A stretch of 64,000 nucleotides of DNA. Origin: Cyanidioschyzon merolae. Lineage: Eukaryota. The stretch lies in the NCBI GenBank assembly GCA_000091205.1, contig AP006488.2; one strand, written 5' to 3'. Below are positions 54,675-64,000 of this stretch, in pieces (position 1 is the first letter of the stretch; the number at the start of each line of letters is the position of its first letter). Under the pieces are notes generated by a model, which was not told the origin of the DNA, searched no databases, and was given only the letters and a program-made list of their open reading frames with translations. The translations under genes and the position numbers were made by a program.

Positions 54675-57602
54675 TTACGCCGACCCGGACTTGTCCTCGA
54701 GGTCGCCTTGGAGCTCAACCATCACCTGAGACTTGCTGCGGCTTTTTCCTCGCTGTGCTTCCCACTCCTCTTGTCGACGACAGAATTCAAGCTGTTGCTC
54801 GCGAGCAAGTTTTTCCAGCTCCTCGATCTCGCGCTGTTCGACTTCGCGACGTTGCCGTACGGCGTCGGCCTGACGAGCGGCAGCAGCCTCCCGCTGCTGC
54901 TGGCGTTGCTGCAGCTCTTCGTGACGGCGCCGGGTGCGCTCCTGCGCTTCAGCCAGCAGCCTACGTGCATATGCCAAGCGATGTAGGCACCAGCTGCTAT
55001 TGGCGTGCGCAGCCTCCGCGGTAACCACTTTGTTTGTCGGACCAGCAAGCGATGGTTGCCATTGTCGAACGACATCGGTAGACACGGAACGTTGCATCTG
55101 ACGGAGGCTCATTTCCATGGCTCGGAAACAACCGCCAGCGCATTCCAGGAGAACCGTAGCTACCTCCGGGTCCGTACCGTGATCAGGACGGCTGAGTCGA
55201 ATGGAAGACTCTTGAGCAAGGGTCAATGACAAGTCGAACCATACCGACAAAGCGGAAGGTTGCAGGTGCAGAGCGCGCTGCAGGGTCTCCATGCAAGCCG
55301 CATACTGGCCAAGGCCGTAGTGTGCAGCTGCGAGTGCCATCAAGGCCCCAGCATCGTACGGGGCGCTTTGAAGACGATCATCAAGAAGACGTATGGCGTT
55401 TCGGAGCGAGGCCACGACAGCGGAACCACGCGACAAGTGCACAGCTATGAGATTCGCCCGAGCACATTCCATGATTTTGGGTTCCGCCGAAGCAACTGCA
55501 CCTAACTGGGCCACCGCACAGAGGGCCTCCTCGGCTTCACTCAAGAGATTCATTTCACGGAAGTAGACTCCGAGAAGTTGCATCGCAGCGACATTATCAT
55601 GCGCGCGCTCTAGAACACCCAATAGCAGGTTTCCCGCAGCTACGAGAAACTTGTGACGGCGGCTCTGATGATGGCGAGCAGTCGCTCGTGCCAAGGTTAC
55701 ATAATACGCAGCAGTGACGAGATCGCAGTAATTTCGAGCTTGGTATCGCGTTTCCAAGTCCTTGCGTAGTTTCTTTCGACGGATAAAGTACTCGAACCAT
55801 GCTTGTGCCTCGTCAACACGGCCACGAGACTGTGCCAAAAAAGCCAAAGCCGTCACAGCTCGCGGATTCGGGAGCACTTGACGATACAGGTCCTCGGCAG
55901 TGTTCAAGTTCCGGTGAAGGTGCTCGGCTAAGACGCCTAGACGCAGCGTGGCATCCTCGTACTCAGGAAATTGTTCATGGATCGTGCGGTAGATGCTCTC
56001 GGAGCGCGTTAGATCGCCCAGTGACTCAAGCAGCCGCCCGAGGTTGTAGCTCAGGGTCAGGTGCCACGGACGCTTGCGGATGAACGCCACCTCAGGGAGC
56101 CAGGTTCGCAACGACAGCCCCTGATCGCCGGTAACCAACTGAAGCGCCCGCTCCAAAGCAATATATGCCTCGTTATACTGACCGAGGCGTACTCTCAAGG
56201 CAGCAATGTTGTTCCAGACAATCGGATCATCCCAGTGTTTCCCCAAGCGCGAGTAAAGCTGCAGCGCGAATGCCGGATCCAGTCGATCCATCAGTTCCGC
56301 GTACACAGCGAGCGCCTCTGCCGGTAGCTGCTCCAAATCCGTGCCCTGCAGTAACTCGAGTGCATGCTGCTGCGCCTGCTCGAGTGCCTTGCGTGACGCC
56401 TGCTCATCCGCTGCTTTCTCCTGGAGAATAACAGCAGAAAGCGCCCGGAGATAGGCATCCAGCCGAGCGGGGAGCGCACGCGACCCCTGTTGGCGAACCC
56501 GCTCTATTTGATCCATTGCTTGATCGAGCGCGTTTCTCCGCAACAGCGAATACGCAAGTGCCAAGCGGGCAACTGCCATCTCAGTCCAATGCTGGATACT
56601 GGTACCGTAGTGCGTTTCAGCCTCAATCCAGTCGCCGCGTCGTTCTCGCCAGCGACCGAGCAGGTATTCGGTACGTGCTGCGGCCCTGTGTGTGGCGGCT
56701 TTCCAGGTGTCCGGTTCAACTGCTCCCAGGAATCGAAACGCACGCTCTCGATGCTCGTGTACGATCGCATTACGGATTCGAAGCTCTTGGGGATAGAGCA
56801 CGAACGCCTCGCGAAGCAGCTCCTCAGCGACAGCACGTGCAGCTGCGGTATCCTTTGCCTCCGACGATGGACCGTGCGTCGGGGCCTCGAGAGCTCGCAA
56901 GCACACCCAGAGGCCCAGTAACGTATCTGGATGTGGATATGCGTCGTCTGCATCCGAATAGTGCATAACGCTCCGATCGATCCGCTCGCACTCCATCGAA
57001 AGACGCCAGCTGAGCACGCGTGTAGCGTCGAGCAACTTGCCGGCGGCAGCGAGCGCGTATGCGTATGAACACCACCATTCCGCTGGTGATGCCTCACCGT
57101 ACATCCAGAGCGCATCCGCATACCAGGCTGCAGCCTGCTGGGCTAGGTGCGGCTCGATGACGCTCCGTTCGAGGAGCACCCGCCCGAGGCCAACTCGAGT
57201 CAAGAGCAGAACAACAGGGCTTGTCTGCGGTTGGACTGCACGAGCGCTCGCTTCGAAGAGTTTCTGTGCCCCCAGGGTGTCCTCCTGAGCGAGGTGAACG
57301 AAGCCTTGCCAGACTGGTGCTAACTGCGCAGCTGCACGGTCGGTTTGAGCGAGTAACGAGGGCTCGAGCTCGACCTGCTCGGCTGCCAGCGTCACACCGA
57401 GTGCAGCCTCCAGCACTGCCGCAGCTTGAGGCCATGTTGAGCGTGCGGACTGCACAAGACGCACGGCTTCGTCCCACTGACGCTCTGCACAGGTGTTCAG
57501 GAACCTGGAACGCCACTGGCTCCAGTTCGTCAACTGCTGTTCGGGCACGGCGACCTCGACGGTGCTGCTGCGTGCCTCGACGCCCGCACGAGGTGCGTTC
57601 AT
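54675..57602 (-). CDS. Large TPR-repeat protein, about 975 aa, with a C-terminal charged coiled-coil tail (Ctr9/Paf1-complex-like architecture; family assignment uncertain).
   Basis: Repeated TPR-like helices throughout. C-terminus 'RRRHEELQQRQQQREAAAARQADAVRQRREVEQREIEELEKLAREQQ'. The track start at 57611 is TTG; the first ATG is near 57602 ('MNAPRAG'). Confidence 0.65.
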   Translation of the reverse strand: MNAPRAGVEARSSTVEVAVPEQQLTNWSQWRSRFLNTCAERQWDEAVRLVQSARSTWPQAAAVLEAALGVTLAAEQVELEPSLLAQTDRAAAQLAPVWQGFVHLAQEDTLGAQKLFEASARAVQPQTSPVVLLLTRVGLGRVLLERSVIEPHLAQQAAAWYADALWMYGEASPAEWWCSYAYALAAAGKLLDATRVLSWRLSMECERIDRSVMHYSDADDAYPHPDTLLGLWVCLRALEAPTHGPSSEAKDTAAARAVAEELLREAFVLYPQELRIRNAIVHEHRERAFRFLGAVEPDTWKAATHRAAARTEYLLGRWRERRGDWIEAETHYGTSIQHWTEMAVARLALAYSLLRRNALDQAMDQIERVRQQGSRALPARLDAYLRALSAVILQEKAADEQASRKALEQAQQHALELLQGTDLEQLPAEALAVYAELMDRLDPAFALQLYSRLGKHWDDPIVWNNIAALRVRLGQYNEAYIALERALQLVTGDQGLSLRTWLPEVAFIRKRPWHLTLSYNLGRLLESLGDLTRSESIYRTIHEQFPEYEDATLRLGVLAEHLHRNLNTAEDLYRQVLPNPRAVTALAFLAQSRGRVDEAQAWFEYFIRRKKLRKDLETRYQARNYCDLVTAAYYVTLARATARHHQSRRHKFLVAAGNLLLGVLERAHDNVAAMQLLGVYFREMNLLSEAEEALCAVAQLGAVASAEPKIMECARANLIAVHLSRGSAVVASLRNAIRLLDDRLQSAPYDAGALMALAAAHYGLGQYAACMETLQRALHLQPSALSVWFDLSLTLAQESSIRLSRPDHGTDPEVATVLLECAGGCFRAMEMSLRQMQRSVSTDVVRQWQPSLAGPTNKVVTAEAAHANSSWCLHRLAYARRLLAEAQERTRRRHEELQQRQQQREAAAARQADAVRQRREVEQREIEELEKLAREQQLEFCRRQEEWEAQRGKSRSKSQVMVELQGDLEDKSGSA

Positions 57603-57780
57603 TAAAGCCAAAGACTAGACAAGACTTAAAGAACCTCCTGCAAAGAGCGGAATCACAGACTCGAGAACCGGAACAGAGTACCAAACAGCTGTGAAGGAAC
57701 AACCCAGGAGTGTCCACGGAAACGCCTTTATAAGGACGTGGAGCACACACCACCACCGCCGTTCTAAGTCGAACGACGTC

Positions 57781-57875
57781 GGGCGTGTACAGTAGTGGCG
57801 AGAAACCCGCCTTGGACAAGAAATCTTCCACTGCGGTGTAGACGCCTTCCAGCCCTTTGAGAACGGCCACCCACT
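57781..57875 (-). ncRNA. Candidate omega-RNA/fRNA scaffold: the conserved 3' tail of family A copy A3.
   Basis: 'tgggtggccgttctcaaagggctggaaggcgtctacaccgcagtggaagatttcttgtccaaggcgggtttctcgccactactgtacacgcc' lies downstream of the TAG stop and aligns nearly base-for-base with A1 over 600-676. Confidence 0.3.
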
Positions 57876-58734
57876 ACTGCTTCCAAATTTCTATCATATA
57901 GTTAAACATGAAGAGGTGTCCAATGAAGTTCTCTCTTGTCGACTCTGGAGGTCTTTTCTCCAGCACCGCACATCTCCTTATATTGATTGCGGCATTAAAG
58001 TCTCGGTTCACAAACTCCATACGTTTCTTGCAATTGATTGTACTTCCTAATGCAAGTAGCCCTCGAACTTTCGCCCTCCTTTCCATTTGCTCGTCTGTCA
58101 GCGGTCCGTACTTTGCGATTTCCTCAGGGCTCCGTTGGCACTTTTCCATCTCGACCCTATGAAGTATACAGTCCAGTCCATGGTGTATATACGATGTTCG
58201 AAACTCATCTACAGGTATTGTAACAAAACGCCTTGCCCACTCCTTGTACGTTCTTGTCGTTGGAGCTGGCGTAGTCCATTTTTTGGGTCTTCTAGCGCCC
58301 TGCTCCGTACGCTTCTACTAGCCTCTGATTTTCATCCTCCTTCAGGGCACTCAACTGATTGAAAAAATTCGCGAACGCCCGCTGCTTCCCACAATACAAA
58401 TTCATTCGCAAACGAGCCCACGGGGGTTGGTATACTTCTCCCACAGCGCATCCCAATGCGCCATGCGAACTTTCATGAACTCCCGAAAAGCTTCAAAGTC
58501 CGCCCCTCGGCTCGTCACCTCGCTCAAAGCTTCCAGGTGATCCTTCGTTCCTGAATTCCATGTAACGATTTTCTTCCTCGCATTCATGGTGCCCGATTCC
58601 CGATTGTATCTCGCTCTCGAGAACCTCAAAAGACGCATGTCTTTCTGACGTAAGTTACCATCAGTCCCATCTTCCGCACACTTTGGTACAGAGATGGTTA
58701 TGATATTTGTATTCCCAGGGTCCGCGGCAACGAC

Positions 58735-59012
58735 AAAGTCGTTATCTTCCACTTTCTGGGTCGCAGGATCCGCCTCCTTCTTTTCTTCATCCTTCGCCGC
58801 GTCAAAGACAAAGTCGTTATCCTGCACTTTCTGGGTCGCAGGACCAGCCTCCTCCTCATCTTCATTCTTCGCCGCGTCAAACATAAAGTCGTTATCCTCC
58901 ACCTCCTGCGTCGCAGGACCAGCCTCCTCTTTGTTTTCTTCATGCATCGCCGTGCCAACGACAAGGTCGTTATCTCGCACCTCCTGCGTCGCAGGACCCG
59001 CCTTCTTCTCAT
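58735..59012 (-). repeat. In-frame 72 bp tandem repeat (4 units) inside the A3 ORF, encoding acidic 24-aa repeats.
   Basis: 'EEAGPATQEVEDNDFMFDAAKNEDE' appears 4 times; the last unit runs into the RuvC-I strand. A2 has a single copy. Confidence 0.8.
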
Positions 59013-60899
59013 CTTCATGGTTCGCCGAAGGCGGAACTGGCCGATCTTTCTTCAACCGCCGATAGTGTATACATAAGGCCACTCCATCGGTTTCGATCAC
59101 CCCCGTGAATACCTTTTGTTTGCTCACGTTGAGACGTTTGAAATCGAAGATACTCCTCCAGTACGTCTCCCGTTTTTCACCGGAGAATTACTCCCTGCTG
59201 ACATCGAACTCGGGACTGATCTCCCTCATGATGCCATGAAGGACTGCGGAGTCGGTAGTCACAAAATGTGACTTGATCTTGCACACTGGAACCACGTCGA
59301 AGCGCTTACCCATTCGGAAAGCCTTCCGTCTCTCCTACTCTTCATTTGTCTCTTCACTCAGCTTCATCTCTGCCTTGCGTTCGAACTCTCGCTCCAAAAA
59401 CACAAAATAGCGCACGATGAGGCGATAGTATCTTTCCTTACCTTTTTTTCAACACTGATATCTTTTCTGTTGGATTCGCCAGCCCCAGTACCGCACGGTG
59501 CTCTTGTATAACCGCGCGGATGACGGAGTCCTCATTTGTGCTCCTGCGTGACGTCTTCTTGTCGACGAATTCGACCTCACCTTCATGCTTGCGATCTTTC
59601 GTGATGCCATTGATAATCGCAAATTTTCCATTGCGAGACAGACCCGGGTAGAGTGCAAACACGGCGCGTATCATGAAACGTTCGAGGTTCGTTGTCAAAC
59701 GGTTCTTCAGGTTCGTAATGTACTTCATTGCCCCGTATGTGTAAATATCCTGGTCACCCTTGTATCGAGTACCATTGAAGCTGTAAAAGGGATGTTTTCC
59801 GTGGAGGGCATGCACCCGCTCATTTTCCATCCGCGCTTCCTTTGTACCAAGCATCAGCTGACGAATAAACTTCTTATCGAAAAACTCGTCTGGAATCTCG
59901 ACCGTTTCCATGTGCGTCACGTCGCGATACATCTCTCTCACCAAATGCATCAGTCCTGACGACGCCTTGACGATACTCTTGGAGTATGACGCAACACGTT
60001 TTTCGATAGCGTCTCGCAACTTTTCCCTGTAGGGATCCTTGATATGTCCAAGAAGAAAGGTTTTCACCACCATCTCGTTGTACAGCCGTCTTTCTTGCCG
60101 CCTTCGACGTAGGGCCTCTCCCTTTAGGTCCTTCTTCGCTTCCTTGTCTTCTGGACTCGGCACAGTTTTCGTTTTTTTCTGGTAGTCGGCGACCCTCGGC
60201 CTCCAGGATCGTCGACTTGCTTTTTCATAACTTTCCTTTTTTAGTTTTTTTTTGAAAAAGAAAGCTCCTGGAACGCTTCTGTTATATACTGCGAAAAAAC
60301 AATTGAATACACATGTTTGAGGTTTGAGACTCAAATGAACTGAAAACTATACTTGGCTATGAAGTTAACGAAAATACAACTTTTACATTAGAGCTACATG
60401 CTAGATATCAAGATCACGTTTTCCTTCGACGGCGGCATTTTTTTCATAAACAAAACGTTTCCTTTGGCCAGCGTTCTCCGACTATGCGCGTTTCTCTTTT
60501 CTTACTTTTTTGTGTTTTCCAATGTGCGGTGAAGTATCCATCAAACAGCCTACTTCCAAGTTCCATTACCTATACTTCTTCTAGGATATTCTGGTCGTTT
60601 CATACGTCCTATCGGGTGTGCCTCGTACCTGCCTTTCTGTATTCGCCTTTGCACCTTAAATGCTGGAGCAGATACCTCATAGAGACAGAACGGCGTTGCC
60701 GTACCACAGAGGGCGTCGGCTCAAGGCGTGGTTCACCCGACGTAGAATCGGGTGTCGTTGTCTGTTTGTGCTCGGACAGTCTGCGGATGCAGGCCTGTCT
60801 TCGCTGTACGACACGCTGGAGACACTTGGCTGTTAGGATAAATCGAGGGAGTCGCCTCCCTCCTTTGTGATCATGCATGGAATGCGTTGTCGTCGGTTG

Positions 60900-63800
60900 G
60901 CAATGCGGATTTGTGCTTGACACCCACCACAGTGGGTAGGCGCAGAAAGCGCACTGGCCCCGTGTTCGCATCCGATCCGCTGGACCTTCCGCCCAGAAGG
61001 TAGCATGTGAGTTTGTTCGCCATTAATGAGCGCTGAGGCTCCGTTAGCGGACCATCAGTTGCCAGTGCTGCACTCAAAGTGAGTGTCCGGCCTTCGCCTA
61101 TCACGGCGATGTCCAGCTGCTGCTGTCCTTCAAGGAGCTCGCTGCGCTCCTGTTTCCAGTGCGGGCACTATAAGCCTAAATATGTCAGCGTCTCGGGGGT
61201 CTGGTCTCCAGAGCAGGGACAGTGTGATTCCCAGTGCGATTCCGGTGTTTCCGTACGGCTTAGAGACGGTGCTAGTCAGAAACCACCAACGCGGATTTCG
61301 GCGATCCACTGGGTACCTCGAGCAAGTCCCGGGAATTCCAGCACCCACTACCAGTACTTGCATGTGTATGCTAGGGTGTAGTTCCGGATAGGGTCAAGCC
61401 GGCGTTACTTGCGCGACTGGTTCCATGTCTACATTCCCGTACTGTTGTTTGGACCGTTCGCTTCAGGCGACGGGAGAATTCTATATTTCTGGGGAACGAT
61501 TGGGTAGCGTGTTTTCGCGTAAGAGGCGCTTCAGCCAAATCTGCGCTGATTTCATCCAAGTGTTCTAGCGGTGCGTTGGGGTCTGCATGAAAATCCGACT
61601 GAACCAGGTGTACATGGTGGGCCCTTTGGCCCACACACGTGCCTGGCAGCCTGCTGCTATCGCTTCTATTGAGGGTATTTGGAGTTCAAGTCCGAGTGCC
61701 AGGCAGGTTGGTTGCTCTGCTCTGCATTGAGCATCCAACAGCAACAACGAGTCGCATTGCCCTGTTGGCGGCTATCTGCAGACGTGAGATATTTGTGTGG
61801 TTCATGCCGCACCATTCAGCACCCCAGGTCGCAGGCTGGATGATACACATCCTTAGCGCCCTGGTACGAATTGCTAAGGGGATAGAGGGGTCGGATGGGA
61901 ATGGGCGTGCGATCGCTGTACGTCTATGCATCTTGGCGATCATCTCGTCGATGTGTGCCTTTTCGTCGAGCGTCGGCGTGAGACAGACCCTGCAGATAGC
62001 GATATTTTTCCACGATTGGAATTTCCTGATTCTGCAACCGCCACGAGCGATTGCGAATGCTCTGCGAGTCTCCATGGATGAGCATGACGCCGCACTTCGA
62101 TGCTCCTACGTTCATCTTCCAGCGATCGACCCAGGTGCTGACTTGTTCCATGCTAGCCGCAAGCGTTTCCGGGGCGGATGCCAACAGCACGACATCGTCC
62201 GCAAGTAGAAGGCCTGCGAGGCGGTTCGTATGTGAGGGCTCCTCATCGGGCATCTCCACAGTCTATCCACGGCACCTCAAGCCCGTATTGTCTGCAGTTG
62301 TTCAGCAGATCGTTGATGAAGATGTTGAAAAGGAGCGGGGATGCGGGGTCGCTCTGTCGCAGTCCACGGCGGATTCTTATACGAGGGATTCATGAGCCGT
62401 CGCCCAGTCGGATGCGCATCCATGAGTCTGCATAGAGCGCCCGGAAGAATGCTAAGCACTTTTCGGAGACTCCGGCGCGTTCCATCTTGAGAAATAGAGC
62501 CTCATGCGGGACCGTGTCAAAGGCCTTTTGAAAGTCGATGAAGCATACATGAGGATCGGTGCGACCTCAACACTCCTACATACATCAGGGATGTATGCTT
62601 CTTCGAACATGCGTTGGATGAGCTCCAGAAGGCGTTTGCCCAGGATTCTGTCAGATTCATCTGGTATCGATGGTGTCCCTGTTGTCTCGTCTTTTGGGGT
62701 CGCCAGTTTCATCCACTCCGTCGCGATACCGTCGATGCCAGGTGTTTTGCGGTTGCTTGAGCATAGCAGGGTCCGAACAGATTCAGGCCAGAAGATTGGG
62801 TCGTTCCATACCGGTACCGGTTCGAGGCGCGGTAGTTCTGCAGCATATTGGTGCCGATAGATTCGGTTTTGGCAGTGCCCAGTTGCGTCTTCATGCAGCT
62901 CTGTCCCGTGGTCTGTGCAGGCCTCATTCACTGAGGCACTCTCCGTCCTCAGCGCTTCCTCATAAACGATTGGTGTGAGCCCCAGGCACTTTTTTGGTGG
63001 GTCAAGTCTCGATCGGATGTAGCGCCAGGTCTCATCTTCGTTGGTGCTCTCTAGCATAGATTTCGCCAGGGCGGCGATTTTGCGGCTTCGATCCTCTCGT
63101 TTGTCTTCTCTGGAAAGTTTCTTCTCTCTTTTGATAGCTTCCTCATGTTGTGCCTGTAGCGCCGGTAGCGCTGCCTTCGCTTCCATGTCTCCGGCGTTGG
63201 CGCGTATGGCGGTGCGGTTGACGATCTTATAGAGTCGGCGGTATTCATCAATCCGAGTTTTGGTACGTCGTTTCAGGAACTGAGGTTTGCAACTGTTGTG
63301 TTCTGGTCCAAGCAGTCCCAGCTCTCTGGCGGTCTTCTGATTCCCAGCTACAAACTCGCGTGCCAATTGGTCTAAAGATTTGCATGCACGGCTTTTCGGA
63401 TCTACAGCGCTGTGAGTAGGTGACTGGGTTTGGCGACGGCTTTCTTGAGTTCCTGCTCGGGTGCTCTTTCGGGGGATCACTCATGATGGGCTCGTTTGGG
63501 AGTTCTTCTTTCTATTCTTCTGTTTTTTTCTTGCTGGTCTTTTTCTTCTTCGGGCTCTTTCCTGAGCTGCATTCTCTGCTTATTTTGCATCTAGGTGGAT
63601 CATGAGGTTTCTGTGCCTCCTTCTCCGTATCCCGTTGGGTCTCTTTCGCTATTGTAGATCCCTCTATTGTTGTCTCTTCTTCGTTAATGTACTGATAATT
63701 CGTTATCTTTTCTCGGAAGGCTGCAAGTGACTTGTTGGTTAGCATCCGGGCTTGGTATGTTGAGGGTGCACTTGCTGGTAACCCTTGCTGTGCGCTCTGA

Positions 63801-64000
63801 GTCGTGTCGGCTGCTGGTTCAGCATTTTGGTTCCTCGGGCGCGGGTACCATCTGCAATGGATGGGCCAGTGATCTGAGGCATCCCAAATTCGGTCAACGG
63901 CGGTTTGTAGGAGTGCCGGGTCGCATCGGTCGCTTAAGATGTGGTCTATCGATGAGCGAAGCAAACGTTGGTCGGTAATGCGGTGCCACGTCAGGGGTGA
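60900..64000 (-). mobile_element. Non-LTR (LINE) retrotransposon fragment containing the APE-endonuclease C-terminus and the RT domain. It is frameshifted and continues beyond the window end. The 3' boundary is uncertain (between about 60500 and 61370).
   Basis: Minus-strand ORFs: 63512..63964 'IDHILSDRC...DASDHWPI' (end of the EEP/APE domain); 62452..63480 'NRKTPGIDGIATEWMKL' (RT motif 0/1, PGPDGI-like); 61924..62259 'LLADDVVLLA...KMNVGASKCGV' (YxDD box). Confidence 0.65.

Larger units (their letters stand above)
57781..60496 (-). mobile_element. Fanzor/TnpB-like element, family A copy A3 (about 2.7 kb). This is the best-preserved copy.
   Basis: Minus-strand ORFs 59438..60334 (helical N-terminal region), 58402..59127 (RuvC-I 'DNDFVVAADPGNTNIITISVPKCAEDGTDGN') and 57874..58149 (RuvC-III 'NRDFNAAINIRRCAV'). 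Conserved tail ends 'ccactactgtacacgcc' at about 57783. Left-end homology with A2 starts at 'gaaacgcgcatagtcgg' (about 60496). Confidence 0.7.

Noticed and set aside
57781-64000. Fanzor-like A3 plus the LINE as one composite element in which the LINE carries the nuclease.
   Set aside because: A2 has the same left-end sequence but a host gene promoter, not a LINE, upstream. The adjacency is therefore locus-specific.

Overview
This 64 kb window is GC-rich eukaryotic nuclear DNA with long, mostly uninterrupted ORFs on both strands. About 17 are credible protein-coding genes. Those I can name from motifs are: an ARF-like small GTPase; a DnaJ-type CxxCxGxG zinc-finger membrane protein; a glutaredoxin; NMN/NaMN adenylyltransferase (NMNAT); an NADPH-dependent diflavin reductase (NDOR1/Tah18-like); a DUF202 membrane protein; a TruB-family tRNA pseudouridine synthase; a WLM (Wss1-like) metalloprotease; a diacylglycerol-lipase-like gene (multi-TM domain plus class-3 lipase domain) interrupted by two in-frame stops; a DEAD-box RNA helicase with an organellar-type N-terminus and a GUCT-like C-terminus; a large TPR protein; and several hypothetical proteins. 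Between the genes lies an unusually dense set of RNA-guided-nuclease-like transposon relics. There are four copies of a roughly 2.5 kb TnpB/Fanzor-like element (family A: RuvC-I motif 'VVAADPGNTNIITIS', RuvC-III motif 'NRDFNAAINIRRC'). There are three copies of a roughly 1.1 kb smaller TnpB-like element (family B: 'NRDRNAAI' / 'NRDLNATIN'). Each family has a conserved non-coding tail just 3' of the ORF, which is the expected position of an omega-RNA/fRNA scaffold. All copies carry frame disruptions or possible introns. A LINE fragment (APE endonuclease plus reverse transcriptase) sits next to one Fanzor copy at the window end. The window also holds several intergenic tandem repeats, including a 57 bp repeat with a tRNA B-box-like core and a roughly 92 bp x6 satellite between convergent genes. 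The ORF track includes non-ATG starts, so several gene starts were moved to the first ATG. My coordinates could be 1-2 bp off.
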